In this document: positions 13,209 to 25,720 of the stretch, one piece after another
Numbering within the stretch: position 1 is the first letter of the stretch
How the letters are laid out: each line of letters starts with the position of its first letter
From: Convolutriloba macropyga
Lineage: Eukaryota
Direction of reading: 5' to 3'
NCBI RefSeq assembly: GCF_964194025.1
Contig: NC_134478.1
Coordinates: 38,750,001 to 38,814,000 of the forward strand
DNA length: 64,000 bases
Notes under the pieces: model-generated
Database searches by the model: none
What the model saw: the letters and a program-made list of their open reading frames with translations, nothing else
Told to the model about the DNA's origin: nothing
Position numbers and translations under genes: made by a program

Positions 13209-13865
13209 CTGAAATAAAAGGATAGAATGCGTTTCCATTTTGAGTTCTTCAACTCCAACAAAATTATGTTAATCGTGGCCAATCTTGTTCCTATTGTCGC
13301 ATATTAAGTTGATTTAGTCAATTTGTGTGTAGTAGTAGAATAGAGAAAGCAAAAATCATACAACCCACATGTAGTGGGACTATACACCAATTAAAATTGA
13401 GAAAACCGAGAGGGCAGAGATTTTGATGTTTCCCAGCCAGTTTATTAGAGAAAGAACGCATTTATCCATCATCCAAATGTTACCTAAAAGATTTTTTATG
13501 AGGTTTGAGTTTACAGATGGAAAGGATAAAAAACCGACTAAAGCCGGGCGAAAATTGGCGAGCACTTGGCTTCATCAGTAGCTAGCGGCAGCTTCAGGGC
13601 GATAGCATTAGCTCAGCTGAGGGCGTTTCGGTGAGTTAAATAGTTAGAGACTAGTGAGCCATAAAGTTCTAAGAGAACTTAAGGCCCTCCGAGATTTACC
13701 TGTTTATCCCGTTTGAGGACGAAAATTCAAATACTCAGACAGAAAAAGGGGGTAGGTAGTTGAACGGGGGTATTAGGGAACAAGAGGAGGTGGATGGGTC
13801 CGGGGGTAGCTGGGTGTGTACGTGTGGGGGGGGGGGGGGGTAGGTAAGCGGGGTGACTGTATTTT

Positions 13866-14670
13866 GATTAGGGAGGACGGAGGGAAGACTGTTATGGGAA
13901 GAAAAGTTTCAAAAACATAGCTGGTATATTGTCAGAAAATAGCTGCAAAAGCTTCGGAGATCTGCAGTTTCAAAACGATACAGACAACGACCAAAGAAGA
14001 AACTTCTTTTTTTAAAGCTGATATGTTATAATTTGATAAGGAATCTGTTTAACTTTTCTGTTTGTAATTTGATTAGGGAGGACAGAGGGCAGACTGTTAT
14101 GGGAAGAAAACTTTCAAAAACATAGCTGGTATATTGTCAGAGAATAGCTGCAAAAGCTTCGAAGATCTGCAGTTTCAAAACGATACAGACAAAGCCCAAA
14201 GAAGAAACTTCTTTTTTTTTTGAAGCTGATATGTTATAATTTGATAAGGAATCTGTTTAACTTTTCTGTTTGTAATTTGATTAGGGAGGACAGAGGGCAG
14301 ACTGTTATGGGAAGAAAACTTTCAAAAACATAGCTGGTATATTGTCAGAGAATAGCTGCAAAAGCTTCGAAGATCTGCAGTTTCAAAACGATACAGACAA
14401 AGCCCAAAGAAGAAACTTCTTTTTTTTTTGAAGCTGATATGTTATAATTTGATAAGGATTCTGTTTAACTTTTCTGTTTGTAGTTTAATTAGGGAGGACG
14501 GAGGGCAGAATGGGAAGAGAAGTCTCAAAAACATAGCTGGTAGATTGTCAGAAAATAGCTGCAAAAGCTTCGAAGTTCTGCAGTCTCAAACAGTTACAGA
14601 AACAGACCAAAGAAGAAACTTCTTTTTGAATGCTGATATGTTATATTTTAATAAGGAATCTGTTTAACTT
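13866..14670. repeat. Four-copy 205-208 bp tandem repeat spanning the 3' terminus of a family D element
   Basis: ATTAGGGAGGAC recurs at ~13866, 14071, 14279 and 14487. Each unit contains AAACATAGCTGGTA.ATTGTCAGA.AATAGCTGCAAAAGC. Confidence 0.93.
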
Positions 14671-17016
14671 ATTGCTGCTTCTATTAGCTGCTCCTATATA
14701 ACCTAGAATTCGAGACACGCACTGAATTGACCTTATCTCTTTAAATTAAAGTTAAGAAAAGTCAATTTCCAAGAGAGGAAGTAATTATTGAGAGTGAGAT
14801 AAGTCACGTGTGAAAATCAATCACGCGAATAAAAAATTCTCTCCTCTAAGAGTGATAAAAGCCTTTACAAAGGCAACTCATATGAAATTGCATGAACGAA
14901 TGAATAAAAGCAGATTTGAAGTGATTGTGACGTCATGTGATCGTAACAAAAACCTTGAAATCTTCACAAAATAAAATAACAGCAGGACAACTCCCGCCCT
15001 GTAAGTAAAAAAAAAATTATCGACTAAACAAAACTAGACCTAGAAGAGACTATGAATGCATTGCCAAAACTATTAAAAAATTGACAAAAAAACAGAAAAT
15101 CAATGTCAAAATACCGCATGTGAGCGAAAAATCAACAGCGAAAAACTAATTTTTGTTCAAACACCATTTTTACTCTGCTTTAAAACTAGAGCAAAAAATT
15201 TCAAGTAGCAAAGACACTCGTTTTTTTCTCGACTTCCTGCTTCAGCGTGACCAAAATCATCCCTCCTATTTAACAACAATCATGAAAATGTGTGAACTGA
15301 TCTTAAAAAAAACATAACCAGAAGACTCAGGAATCTAATCGAGTTAAAAAGTAGTAGTAGCCAACTACTACCAATGAAACTACTAAATTCTTTCTATCAT
15401 TGAAATTGAAACAACAAACGAAGGAAATTATCAGGGAAAAACAGATTATACAAATATTTTCTTGAAACTGTTTTGAAAAGCTTTTTTTTGGAAAATTTCT
15501 CGGAAAGCATTGTGTATAATAGGTCGTGAGTTCATTTTATTGTGTTCAACATATGATAGGGACATATAGCCAACGATACATATCGAAAAAGGAGAAATAT
15601 ACAGACAAAGGAAAAGAAAAGAACTGAAGAACAAAATCCAAAAATTTGAAGGTCAAATTCCAAAATTTTTTGGTTTCTGATGTTTGCTTGCCTAACTCTT
15701 CAGTTACTTCTACCTTTCGGAATATTTTTGTTAGGTTCATTTGTATCCTGAGTAAGGTTTTTAGGGTCTTAGGTGTAATTAGGGTCCTGGGTAGACTTTT
15801 TGTTACTAAGTGAAATCAAAGGTTTGATAACACATAATTTCATAAATTTAGTAATAATCTATAAAAAAAACAGTAAAAACCAGTTAAACGTTTTAGTAAT
15901 ATTCTCTAAAAAGAGCAGAGTCTCAGAATTTGTTCTCAACCCACTTTACGAAACAGTTACTGTTGATTAATTGAGCCACCAAAATTCTCGGGAAAATTGG
16001 AGCAAGAATTAGAAAAATTCAGATGATCATTTTATAAAAAAATGTGTTATCAAACCTTTCATTGATTTCACTTAGTAACAAACGGTCTACCCAGGCACCT
16101 AATTACTCAAATGAACCTAACAAAACTATTCCGAGAGGGAGAAAAAATTGAAGAAATAGGCAAGAAAACAACCTTCAAATGATATTAACAAAAAAAGGCA
16201 ATTAAAACCCAAAGGAAAACTAATTTCAGCCACAAAAATTAACGCAGTCACTAAAAAAATGAAATAGAGTACAAAAACCGATTAGAAGGCTCATAAAACG
16301 GCGAAATCACAAACAGCTCAAGATTGTGAATAACACCAAAAACTTCATTTTACATAAGAATTTATCAAGGAAAACGACAGCGCGAACCACAAAATTGAAG
16401 AAATGAGCAAAAATTCAAAAAACAGACAATAACAGACAAAAATTTGCTCAATTTACTCGACTTTCAATTTAAACCGCGAAACACCCCAAATGCTATTCAA
16501 ATATGAAGAATAGAAAGATTGCTGAAAGCTTAAAACAAGGCAAAATCATAAAAATGCCTAAAATCCACACCAGAAGTGTAAACGTCGCTTCAAATAGTTA
16601 AAAAAGCTTTCAAACGCACTATTATCGAATAAAAGAATTGAGCAAAACACTTTTGACTGAAAAAGTTGGAGTTAAAGCTATAAGCACTGCTTTCAAAAAT
16701 TTCCGCTCGCTCGGTGAAGATTTTTTCACACCTAATTTTCTCGCTCTCTCTCTCACTCAAATAATCGACATGAACAAAAAAACCACTCTATTCTCTCAGC
16801 TCAAGAATTTGACCTAAACACTGTTTTCACGCATTTCACTTCCTGTTTCAAATACAATTCAACAAAAATACCGATCAAACACTTTAAAAAACGCTCCACC
16901 AATACTCCTATTCGAGTCGTAAAAATAGACGGCACCCCAATACAATTCAAATTCTTTGAATTGTCAAAAAACAAGAGAACGCCAATAATAGCTGCAGCTA
17001 TCGCTTTGAGGCTATT
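13913..17016 (-). mobile_element. Nested stack D[B[G]] of Helentron/DINE-like elements
   Basis: D left end at 13913 (tandemized), B left end ~14977, G left end 15310. Stacked right ends: G TTCGAGTCGTA 16921, B TTCTTTGAATTGT 16964, D GCTTTGAGGCTATT 17016. Confidence 0.7.
15644..16180. mobile_element. MITE/foldback-like element with long imperfect inverted repeats
   Basis: TTTGTTACTAAGTGAAATCAAAGGTTTGATAACACAT (15800-15836) is the reverse complement of ATGTGTTATCAAACCTTT(CAT)TGATTTCACTTAGTAACAAA (16042-16083). Pairing extends outward to ATTTGAAGG / CCTTCAAAT. Confidence 0.75.
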
Positions 17017-17211
17017 TATAACCTTCTTGCAGTTGAATTTGAGCAGCAGTGGCTAATTACCACACTAAGTCACTAAGAGGTTAGAAACTATGTCACTTAC
17101 AGTACAATGTTCGAAAACAAAGAACTCAAAGCCCAAGTCACATACAAACTTTCTTCAGCTAAAAAAACATGTAGAACACCAATACGCTTCTTCGAGTCAA
17201 GAAGAGCATTA

Positions 17212-18642
17212 AAACATAGCCGGAAAATTGCCGGAATAGCTGCGAAAGAATAGACTTGTGCCGTAAAATACAGATAGAAACAGATATGGAAAAAAGTTGT
17301 TGCGGCCAACTTTTATTCAAAGGCGGTGTATATTTGAGAACAATTTTGGGTGCAACAACTTTTTGGCGGATCAGAGGTTCGAACCCCAAATCCCCGGTGA
17401 AAGAACCAGCTGCATATACCACTAGGCTACACGTCCCTTATTTCTTATATTACAAACAAGGTATTTTAGCAAAAGACATAAACTCTGAATGCGAGCAATT
17501 CACGCAAAAAGCAAGAAATCGAGCGCGAAAAAGTGACTGAAAACGTGAAGCGACAGATTTTTCCAGAACAAAAGGTAAAACTAAAAAGAGCGTCACATGA
17601 CGAAACAAAAACATAGCCGCAGAATTCAGGAAACCACCTGAAGAGTCGTCTTTGTGAAAGAATTACCATTAAAATCAACTGGTTCCTACTAAAGTTACCA
17701 CTAAAAACAAAAACGAATTCAGTCAAAAAATGAAGATAGCCCATAAAACAAAGTGAACTAAAAAATTACATTACACCTATATATAAAATTTAATTTGTTG
17801 TATGCAATTGAAAATAAACCCGGCAGATTGCCGGAAAATAGCCGCCGTTGATTCCCATAACTACGATTGGGATTGAGAGAAAAAAAATAAAGAATGATCT
17901 TTGTAGGAAAACAATTTTAAAGTGCAAACCATTTTGTTATTAGGTAGTTGCACATACTCATGTTTTATAGTGAGAATACACGGGCTAGTATCAAAACAAA
18001 TAAGCATTAGAGATGGTAAGTAAGACTTAACAGAACAAAGGTCGAGAAACGGGCATCTAAAACTGGGCTTCATAGGTTTAACCCGTTAAATTTTTAGTTC
18101 GACGAAGTGAAAAAAATAGGTGCGCTATAATAGCCGGCTGAAAAGCTGACGCGGCTATTAATCATCAAAGCACACGCGCAGCAAAAGTCTAGCCATGTTA
18201 GGCTACCAAAACTTTTGAGAATTTTGCAGTTGAAACCCATTATTAAGCTGTCCGAAACATTGTGCTATCAATTTAAGATTGTTGTATATTCATGCAGCAT
18301 CGATTAAAATTTACTTCTACAAAAAACCCAGTTACAATAAAAAAATGGGCCGAATGGACAAAAACACGGCTAAAAACTGCCATCTATATGCGCCAATCTC
18401 TCAAAAATTTTTCAAAGTCAAAAAGTCATTCACTAAACGCAGCGCACGAACAATAAAACGTCTCTCGCTCAGAAGTTAGTTCACACGGCAATTTTACTCA
18501 CTTTCACTATTAGGTCAAAACGCCGCTTGAACAAATAGTACTTCCGGTAAAAAAACCTTAAGAAAACCAATACTCCTCTTCCAGTCGTAACAAAAAACAA
18601 GAGCACGCAATATAGCTCCGCTCAGCTTACAGCTTTGCTATA
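17212..18642 (-). mobile_element. Nested stack E[G[A]] (G 17609-18589; A ~17812-18159)
   Basis: E left end AAACATAGCCGGAAAATTGCCGGAATAGCTGCGAAAG, right end TATAGCTCCGCTCAGCTTACAGCTTTGCTATA. An uninterrupted E copy lies at 35616-36184. Confidence 0.7.
17364..17437 (-). pseudogene. tRNA-like sequence (pseudo-tRNA or SINE head)
   Basis: Minus strand reads GGGACGTGTAGCCTAGTGGTATATGCAGCTGGTTCTTTCACCGGGGATTTGGGGTTCGAACCTCTGATCCGCCA, with A box TAGCCTAGTGG and B box GGTTCGAACC. The acceptor stem does not pair well. Confidence 0.5.
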
Positions 18643-18840
18643 ACAATGGTTAAAGCAATTAAACGAGATACTCGGTCTTATTTTCAGTTTGCCCGTAGAT
18701 TGTAACAATCATTTGAATATCGTGATATCACAAGGGCGCACACACGCTCGAAATACTGATAACGTGGATTATAACACGGGAAAGCTGGATAATAGCGGCC
18801 AAAATACCATCTCGTTAAGATTTTAGAGAAGTACTCTTAC

Positions 18841-19103
18841 CCTGTAGTGCGTTCTCTAACTAATAGCACCGTTGAAAAAGCACCTTCGCCCAAAATTTTT
18901 CCATACTGGTAGCCGGACAAGCTCATCAGATTCATAGCCGGACGCGCCTCCTCTGGTGTCACGGGCGGGTTGGGGAGATTGGCGAAGGCATGCGGGGGGT
19001 TTTGAATGGGAGACAGCTCCGGCTCGGGTGCACTGACGGTGCCAGACTGGGGCGCTGTCTGGACTGTTGGCGGAGAACGAAAGTGTCTGTTTGACACACT
19101 CAT
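18841..19103 (-). CDS. PDPK1: PDK1 first coding exon (Pro-rich N-terminus + Gly-rich loop)
   Basis: ATG at 19103; YQYGKILGEGAFSTVLLVRE; donor GG|GTAAGA at 18839-40 (phase 2). Joined CDS is 263+761+749 = 1773 nt, 590 aa. Confidence 0.9.
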
Positions 19104-19845
19104 AAGGATTTCAAGCTCCAGAAATTTCTTCCAAAGAGATCATTAAAACCTGAAATAGTTTATAAATTAATTCCACCAGGACTCAGTTCGATATTTCATA
19201 GTATACGCCATTTGTGTTTTAAAATTACCCGCACACACTTGTTAAGCATATTGCAATCTTTCCCACTACATCTAAGCCAATTAAGTAGGGCCAGAACCTA
19301 CAGCCCTCAACCTCAACAATTAAAGGGGCTACAATTTGAGATGGGGTTATATTGCGAACGACCCGCTGTAATTTTTTTGAGAAAAAATTAACTGAGCCAA
19401 CGGATTTCATGGTTTCATACTTACTGCAACAATTTATCATAAGCATTAACAAATCAGATCGCAACTAAATAAACATCTAGTCATCAAGTGTCTTTCCCAT
19501 TAGAGCACTTACATAAAACTATAGCTCTCCATTACAGTACATTTATGGTATTTTGGGGGCTGTACGTTATGAGACCACTAAGCTTGGAGGGGTGGGTGGC
19601 CATTATGCGGAAAGACCCGTCATCAATTGTATATAACTATTGACGTTCAATTCGTTTGTAACAAGCCAAATAGATCACTTTCAAAATTCCACGGCGAGTG
19701 CTTGTAAATTGAACAGGTTTAAACTGATAAAGAATTTACTTGTTCATATATTTAGATTACACAGTAAAAGCGCACATCTACAGTTTCAGTCTGAACTATC
19801 AAATTGCATCAATACATATCTCTCAATGCCACTTTCAAAGGATGA

Positions 19846-19962
19846 TCACGAGTAATGGTTGTTGAGTTCTGTTTGGGGTGAGCCTCCTCTAAGAGCAAGC
19901 ACCAAATGCAGCACTGACCCACCCACGATTCTGTAGTACTCGGCTGTCTTGTCATCATTCAT
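19846..19962 (-). CDS. NEDD8: NEDD8 exon 2 (not in the ORF track): [38 protein letters not shown]
   Basis: Hand translation. AG acceptor at 19963-64, phase 0. LALRGG carries the NEDD8-diagnostic Ala72 and is followed by an 11-aa propeptide. TGA at 19846-48. Confidence 0.95.
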   Translation of the reverse strand: MNDDKTAEYYRIVGGSVLHLVLALRGGSPQTELNNHYS

Positions 19963-22229
19963 CTATCCAAAAACAAATATACGCCAGTACACAAAATAAA
20001 TTCGATTATTTTCGGGCACTTTTCTCTTCTAACGATGATGTCGGATTTAAAACAATACATGCATGCATTAGGACGATTAGTTAGCAGATTGCCGGATAAA
20101 AGCAGCGATTGTCCGCGGTGACCTCCAGTCGGATAGAAATATGGATCTGTTTCGTTTACCCCGTGGATTTACCTTATGTTCACAACCATAGGTGGGCAAA
20201 CTAATACGTTTTAAACACTTTTAATGTTTTTAAATTAAGAAAAGATGGAAAATTGAATTAAGAAGAAATGAAAAATTCAGCCACGTAATAAAACCTAAAT
20301 TTGAAGAGATTGAACTATGCCTCACAAATCAAATATTTTTGGGAATAATGGTTCTCAAGTCTAAAAATTATTAGCTGTCCATTGAAGATCTCAAACAGGC
20401 GCAATTATGAACAATTAGAACACGTGTACCAACTTTTGAACAGCTGTTGTGAAAAAATCAATTTGTGAAAAAAACAGTGTGAACAGAGGTCAAACAGCCC
20501 TTTTTGCCCTCTTTGATAAAAAAAACACTTCCGAAAACGGGAAATTCTTTAATTTAGTAGGCTGAGAGTTTCACCTTTTCGACCACTATATTTCTCGCTC
20601 TTTTTATTGTTTCAAGGTGACTAAAATCACTACTCAAATTGGGTATTAAAATCCAAAATTGGATGAATACATTTTATAAATAAAACCGAGGACCAAACAA
20701 TCGATACTCTTTCTATTGCATAAAAACATTGCAAGTCAGATCCTAAGCATCAGTTCAAAAGTTCATAACCACATTATTAGGTAAAACAGAAAAATCCACA
20801 TTCACAAAAATTTGATTGAGAAGCTCAAAAAAAAATTAAATTAAACAAGAACAAAAAAATTGAAATCTGTTGCCTGATTCTGCTTCAAGGTATGAAAAAA
20901 TTAACGCATAAAAATTGCTGGCTCATTTGCTCCCTTAAATGCTCCGTGCCTATAACTACCTGTAGCTTTACAAAGATGATAAAAATAAAAAAAAGCTGGA
21001 ACCAAATCAAAGACGGCGAGAAAGCACCGGAAACAACTTGAAGATGGAAAAAAAAAAAAACTAAAACCACGAAAAAATCCCCAAGTGAGCGTGGAAAAAC
21101 ACACTTTAACTGATCATTGAGGAGATAAATACCACTAAGTTTGTCAACAAATAAAGAACGTAAGAAATTACTCAAAACAAGACCAATCTCGTAAATAATT
21201 AAAAATTCTGAGAAATTAGTAGTATTTGGAAAAATTTTCTTCCACTCTTCAAAGATAAAAAAGAAACTATGGAAGAAGCAGTCAACTGTAAAATAAACGA
21301 ATTAAAAGGAACAAGAAAAATACCAACCATATTTTTAATACGAGAAATTATAAAAACGTATATGAGTTGAGAACAAATTGAAACAAAATAATGCAAGGAT
21401 GGAATAAACATTTCACAACATACTAATTCTGCCTCTTAACAGCGAGAACAGTAACAGACTCATCGAATTTTCCAAACAACACAAGTTCAATTTAAAACCA
21501 ATAGATCGAATTAAATCCGACTAACGTCAGGCAAAGTGCTCTTGAACGACAGGCGGCACAATTTAATTCAGAGGGGGCCGCAACCTAGATAAGAGGGTCT
21601 GCTTATAAGACACTGAATCATTAACCACTCGTGGTTAACGATTCAGTCTATTGTGCCCGAGGTGTGGGTTTTTGACCATCAGGTCTTTGTAATAGCTTAT
21701 CTTCACAAAGTTGTTTTAGCAGCACATTTAATTTCAGAAAAAAAAACAATTTAGGTCACGCAAAGATCAAGTCAAGCTTGAAAAAGCCAATCAAAAAGTG
21801 AAAACGAAAGAATGTTTCAGGAAAAAACGGCCAGGCGCAAATTTTGCATTAAAAACAAGTTTACAATGATTGCTTCGAACTCCGTTCGAAAGCAATTAAA
21901 AATAAGAAGGAACTGCAGCAGAAAAATTTAGAAATAAACTAAATTTTGAGCTAATATTATAATGATGATGCAACACCGTAAGAAATTGTAAACCGACTAT
22001 AGAACAGGGAGAAGTTCTCGTTTTCGTTAGCAGTTATCATACGTTGCAAACTGCTGGAAAATAAATTTTAATAATTCAGAACGCAATTAGAAAGAACATC
22101 ATTTTTTTCGCAACAGTAACGGACTTTTAAAAATTCTGCGATATCGCCTGCAAAGTGCCAGATACTTTGCCGAGTTGACAATATTGTTTCCAGAAAAATT
22201 AACACATGTAAGCTATATATTTTTTTTAT

Positions 22230-25200
22230 AATCATAAGAATTAACAATTAACTTGGTTACCATGACTAGGTTTATAAAACAGCACATCACCAGTTTAATA
22301 AATCAATTTTCAACAGTTCATTTCAGTTTTCCAGATATGAAATATATGTTTCTATTTTCCCCACTTTGGTCAGGTAAGAATAAAAAATTCATATTTAATT
22401 AAATTTAATCAATCGTGTTTTCATTTGGAATAGTAAAACCCACACAATCGGTTATTTAACTAGGATAGTGGAACCCACACTATTTGGTTTGCAAATGGGA
22501 TACTGAAACCCACACAATCGAAGGTCAGGAGACATTAAGGAGGTTTCTTTTCCTTGCAGCTGGCTCACAGTTCTGCGCTTCCTGCTATCAACATTATAGC
22601 GTTTCCTCGCATTAGTGTGGCCGAAACCGATTGCTCAAGCCTGCTGAAAGCAACTGACACACCAGCTGAGTACAAACTTCTGTTGTCAGTGAGCAGAGCT
22701 ATTCGCTTCAATGTCTTTCTGATCAATTCAGAGAGTCCTCCAAATGATTCAAAAGCCATGGGAATAAATTGAACACCTATGTTGGCACATTGTTGGGAAT
22801 ATTGCTCCAACTTCCTGTCTTCCGCAGCTCTCAGGGCAAAACCAGACTTCCTCGCCGCATTCGAAATAATACTGGGTTGCAGTGGGGATGTAATGGTTAT
22901 ATCCAGAGCTGCCGGTTGCCCAACAGACCAAAACGGTAAATACACATCTCCAGGTCGACAATTTGTTTCTGGTATCAGGTTTTTCTGCTCGCAAACTGGT
23001 GACAGGTTGGCAGCGCTGCAAGCGGAAAAAAAATTGTCCCTAAGTCGGTCGTGTCGCGAAATCATATCACCCCGCCCATGACAAGCAACAGCATGATAAC
23101 CGAGTGTATCCAAAGATCCTGTTTTACAATATGGACACTTCCTTTCTATTTCATATATGGGAGCTCCCAGTCTGTACTTCACAGTTGCACGAAAATCGTT
23201 GGAAAAGAGATGGAGGCCGAGAGCCGGTATGGGAGCTTCCGATAACCATGCTCTTGATTGAGGCATAGAGAGTGACAAAAAACGAGCTTTTTCTGATGTT
23301 TGATTTTCAATTAATTTATTGAGAGCAATTTTGTCTAGGACTTCCTGTATTTTGCTTTGAGTAAGCTGCGATATTGACAAAACCATTTATTTCTTCAATC
23401 ATTTTGGTAAAAGTGTGACCTGTTGTCGTACTTTGGCCAGTTATAAGCTCCACTAATGTAGCAGACTGCGATATCGAACCAATATAGGCTGCTTTTATCT
23501 GAGACGCTCGTCGGATTCCAATTCCAGTCTTATTGATAGACAAACGTGCTTGATGCCATGATTCATTGGACAAGACTGTTCCCAGTATATTCTCGAAAGT
23601 TGTCCTTTGAAGCGAGTCAAATTCCTCAAAAAGATTTACAGCTTCCACTGATGGTGTATTGCAGCGCAGTGAATACACCATTTTTGGTGCAACCAGCCAA
23701 ATACGTAAATGCCAAGAGCACAATGTGGGTCCTTTATGTACTCGAGGTTCTCCAGTAATTTTTCGATCTTTTGGACACGTTTCTGTATCGAGGAAGCAAC
23801 GAATCGGAGTTATCCAACAACAGAACCCAGTATTTCAAGTCCCTCTCTACTGTTTTCTAATTCTGCTATCGATCGTGTTCAGAGCTCCTTTTGACCAGAC
23901 TTCACATTTGTCTCTTCTGAGTTCTAGGCCGCAAGTTTTGCCCGGGACAGTCAATATATCTACAGCCTCGTTCAGTTCGTGTTTTGTTCCAGCAATAATA
24001 CCATCGTCAAGGTACCAATCAACGGTGCTGGGTAAGATTAGTTATTATTGATTCAATCTCTTCTATTATAGGCCACAAGGTTAGGGAGAACAAGAGAACA
24101 CAAGGGATCTCCTTGTTGCACTCCAGATTGACTCGTTACAGATTTGTTACTATAAGAAAGATGACTGTGCTGTGAGTAGCAATATATGGCAAATAATGCA
24201 AGACTCGGCATTAATGTAACAGCTGCATTTGGAATTTGACTTCGTTTAAAGGAATTGAAGGCGTTTTTAAAATTGATCTGTAATATTCCTGCATCCTGTG
24301 AAAGCTGCAATTTCTCAAATGTAATTTTGGCCGCGTGTATGATACTTCCGGCTCCACCCTTTACACCTACACCAAGTTGTTTAGATGAGAACAGTTCGGC
24401 CGACTCCGTTTGTGTTTGTTTGGCTATGCATTTTGCAAACGAACGTCGCAAGACCTCGCCCACAGCTATCGGACGTACACCACCCTTTATTTCTTTAAAG
24501 CAGCTAAAGAAGCACTGCAGAAAACTGGTGCCACTGACACAGGGAGCTGACCTCTGCTGGCCAAATTCACAAGCTTTGTTATGCTTGTAATAGCTTTTTT
24601 AGATTGATCAGAAGCAGCGCAATTAACTGCGTGCAAAAGGTGTTCAGGGTACATTTTCGATGAACAGCAGCTGAGAAATTGGGGAAGGCTTCTATTTGGC
24701 CAAACACAGTTGGCTCATCAAACTGATGAGCTTGGGAGCTGTAATCTTGATATTGCAGCCGAGGTTGTTCTTCCAGAGGGTGTAGAGTTTTGGGCTCTGA
24801 ATGTTTGGATAGTATCTGGCGCTACGCCATAGGTTGACAGAATTTTTGCTGTTCTCCCGAATTGGCCTTGGAGGCACAGCGCCTTGGCACGAGCTGCAAG
24901 TGCTTCTATGGTTTCAGTAACGGTTTTTCCTGATTGCCTCATCGATGCAGCTTCATACCAAAGTCCGGCGTAGTCCCCCGCTTTCCTGCGCTCAAACCGT
25001 TTTGACAATAAGTTTTCCTGATTTTGTTTGTTTCTTTCCACCGCTATTAGATGCTCGTAATATGCATCTACTAATGGCAAACGGCTTCTTCCAGTTTTGT
25101 GTGAAGTTTGGCTGTGAGATACATACCTCGATAGTTTTGGTGAGAACGTCAGACCAACTGAGTCGAAATTTGACCGGTATGTAACGTAGTGTGGGAATCT

Positions 25201-25720
25201 GTTTCTTGCAAATTGTTTCCAAGTCTGGCAGTCTAATAGGATCCATGTTTGATGCACCAGGACTGACCTCTGTGCTACTTAAACTTGTTTCTGTTTCGCC
25301 AGTCAAAACTATCTCGTCAATGCGGGCTGCTATATCACGTGGAATCTTTTTTGAGTTTGACAGTAAGGAGCTAAATTGAGCGTTTGACCTAATGGATCGT
25401 GAGCACACCCATTCATCAATTTGTGGTCCCCAACTTGAATAACTGATTTTAGTTCTGTTGTTTTTGTGGCTTTTCACAGTTAACAGTTATTTTAAAAAGT
25501 CTGTCTTTTCTATCAGGATAAAACAGCACTGTATTAAAAGGAACTTGAAAACGGGGTGTCAGAGTCTTCAACTGTCAAGTTGCTCATTGACTGTGTTAAT
25601 CCAGAGGATTGGTCTCCTTCACTTAAGCTATAAAACAGTTTCTCCTTAACTGGATGTTAATATTCCAGAGCCTCAACAAGTAATGGGGGAGGTATCTCTC
25701 ATAAAGTAGCGCTTAAAACT
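22230..25720 (-). mobile_element. Decayed CRE-like (R2-group, restriction-like endonuclease) non-LTR retrotransposon in the NEDD8 intron
   Basis: Frameshifted ORF pieces: RPIAVGEVLRR, QLGVGVKGGA, NFKNAFN, GVQQGDPL, WYLDDG, LRREKCEVW, C-terminal CPYC...HAVAC zinc knuckle, RHDRLRD, RPGDVYLP, AALDITI, FIPMAFESFGG. Ends are approximate and I saw no target-site duplication. Confidence 0.85.

Noticed and set aside
13866-14670. Regularly spaced repeats as a CRISPR-like array
   Set aside because: The whole unit is repeated with no unique spacers, the context is eukaryotic, and there are no cas genes.
22554-25649. Plus-strand ORFs over the CRE-like element
   Set aside because: Antisense shadows of the retrotransposon ORF.
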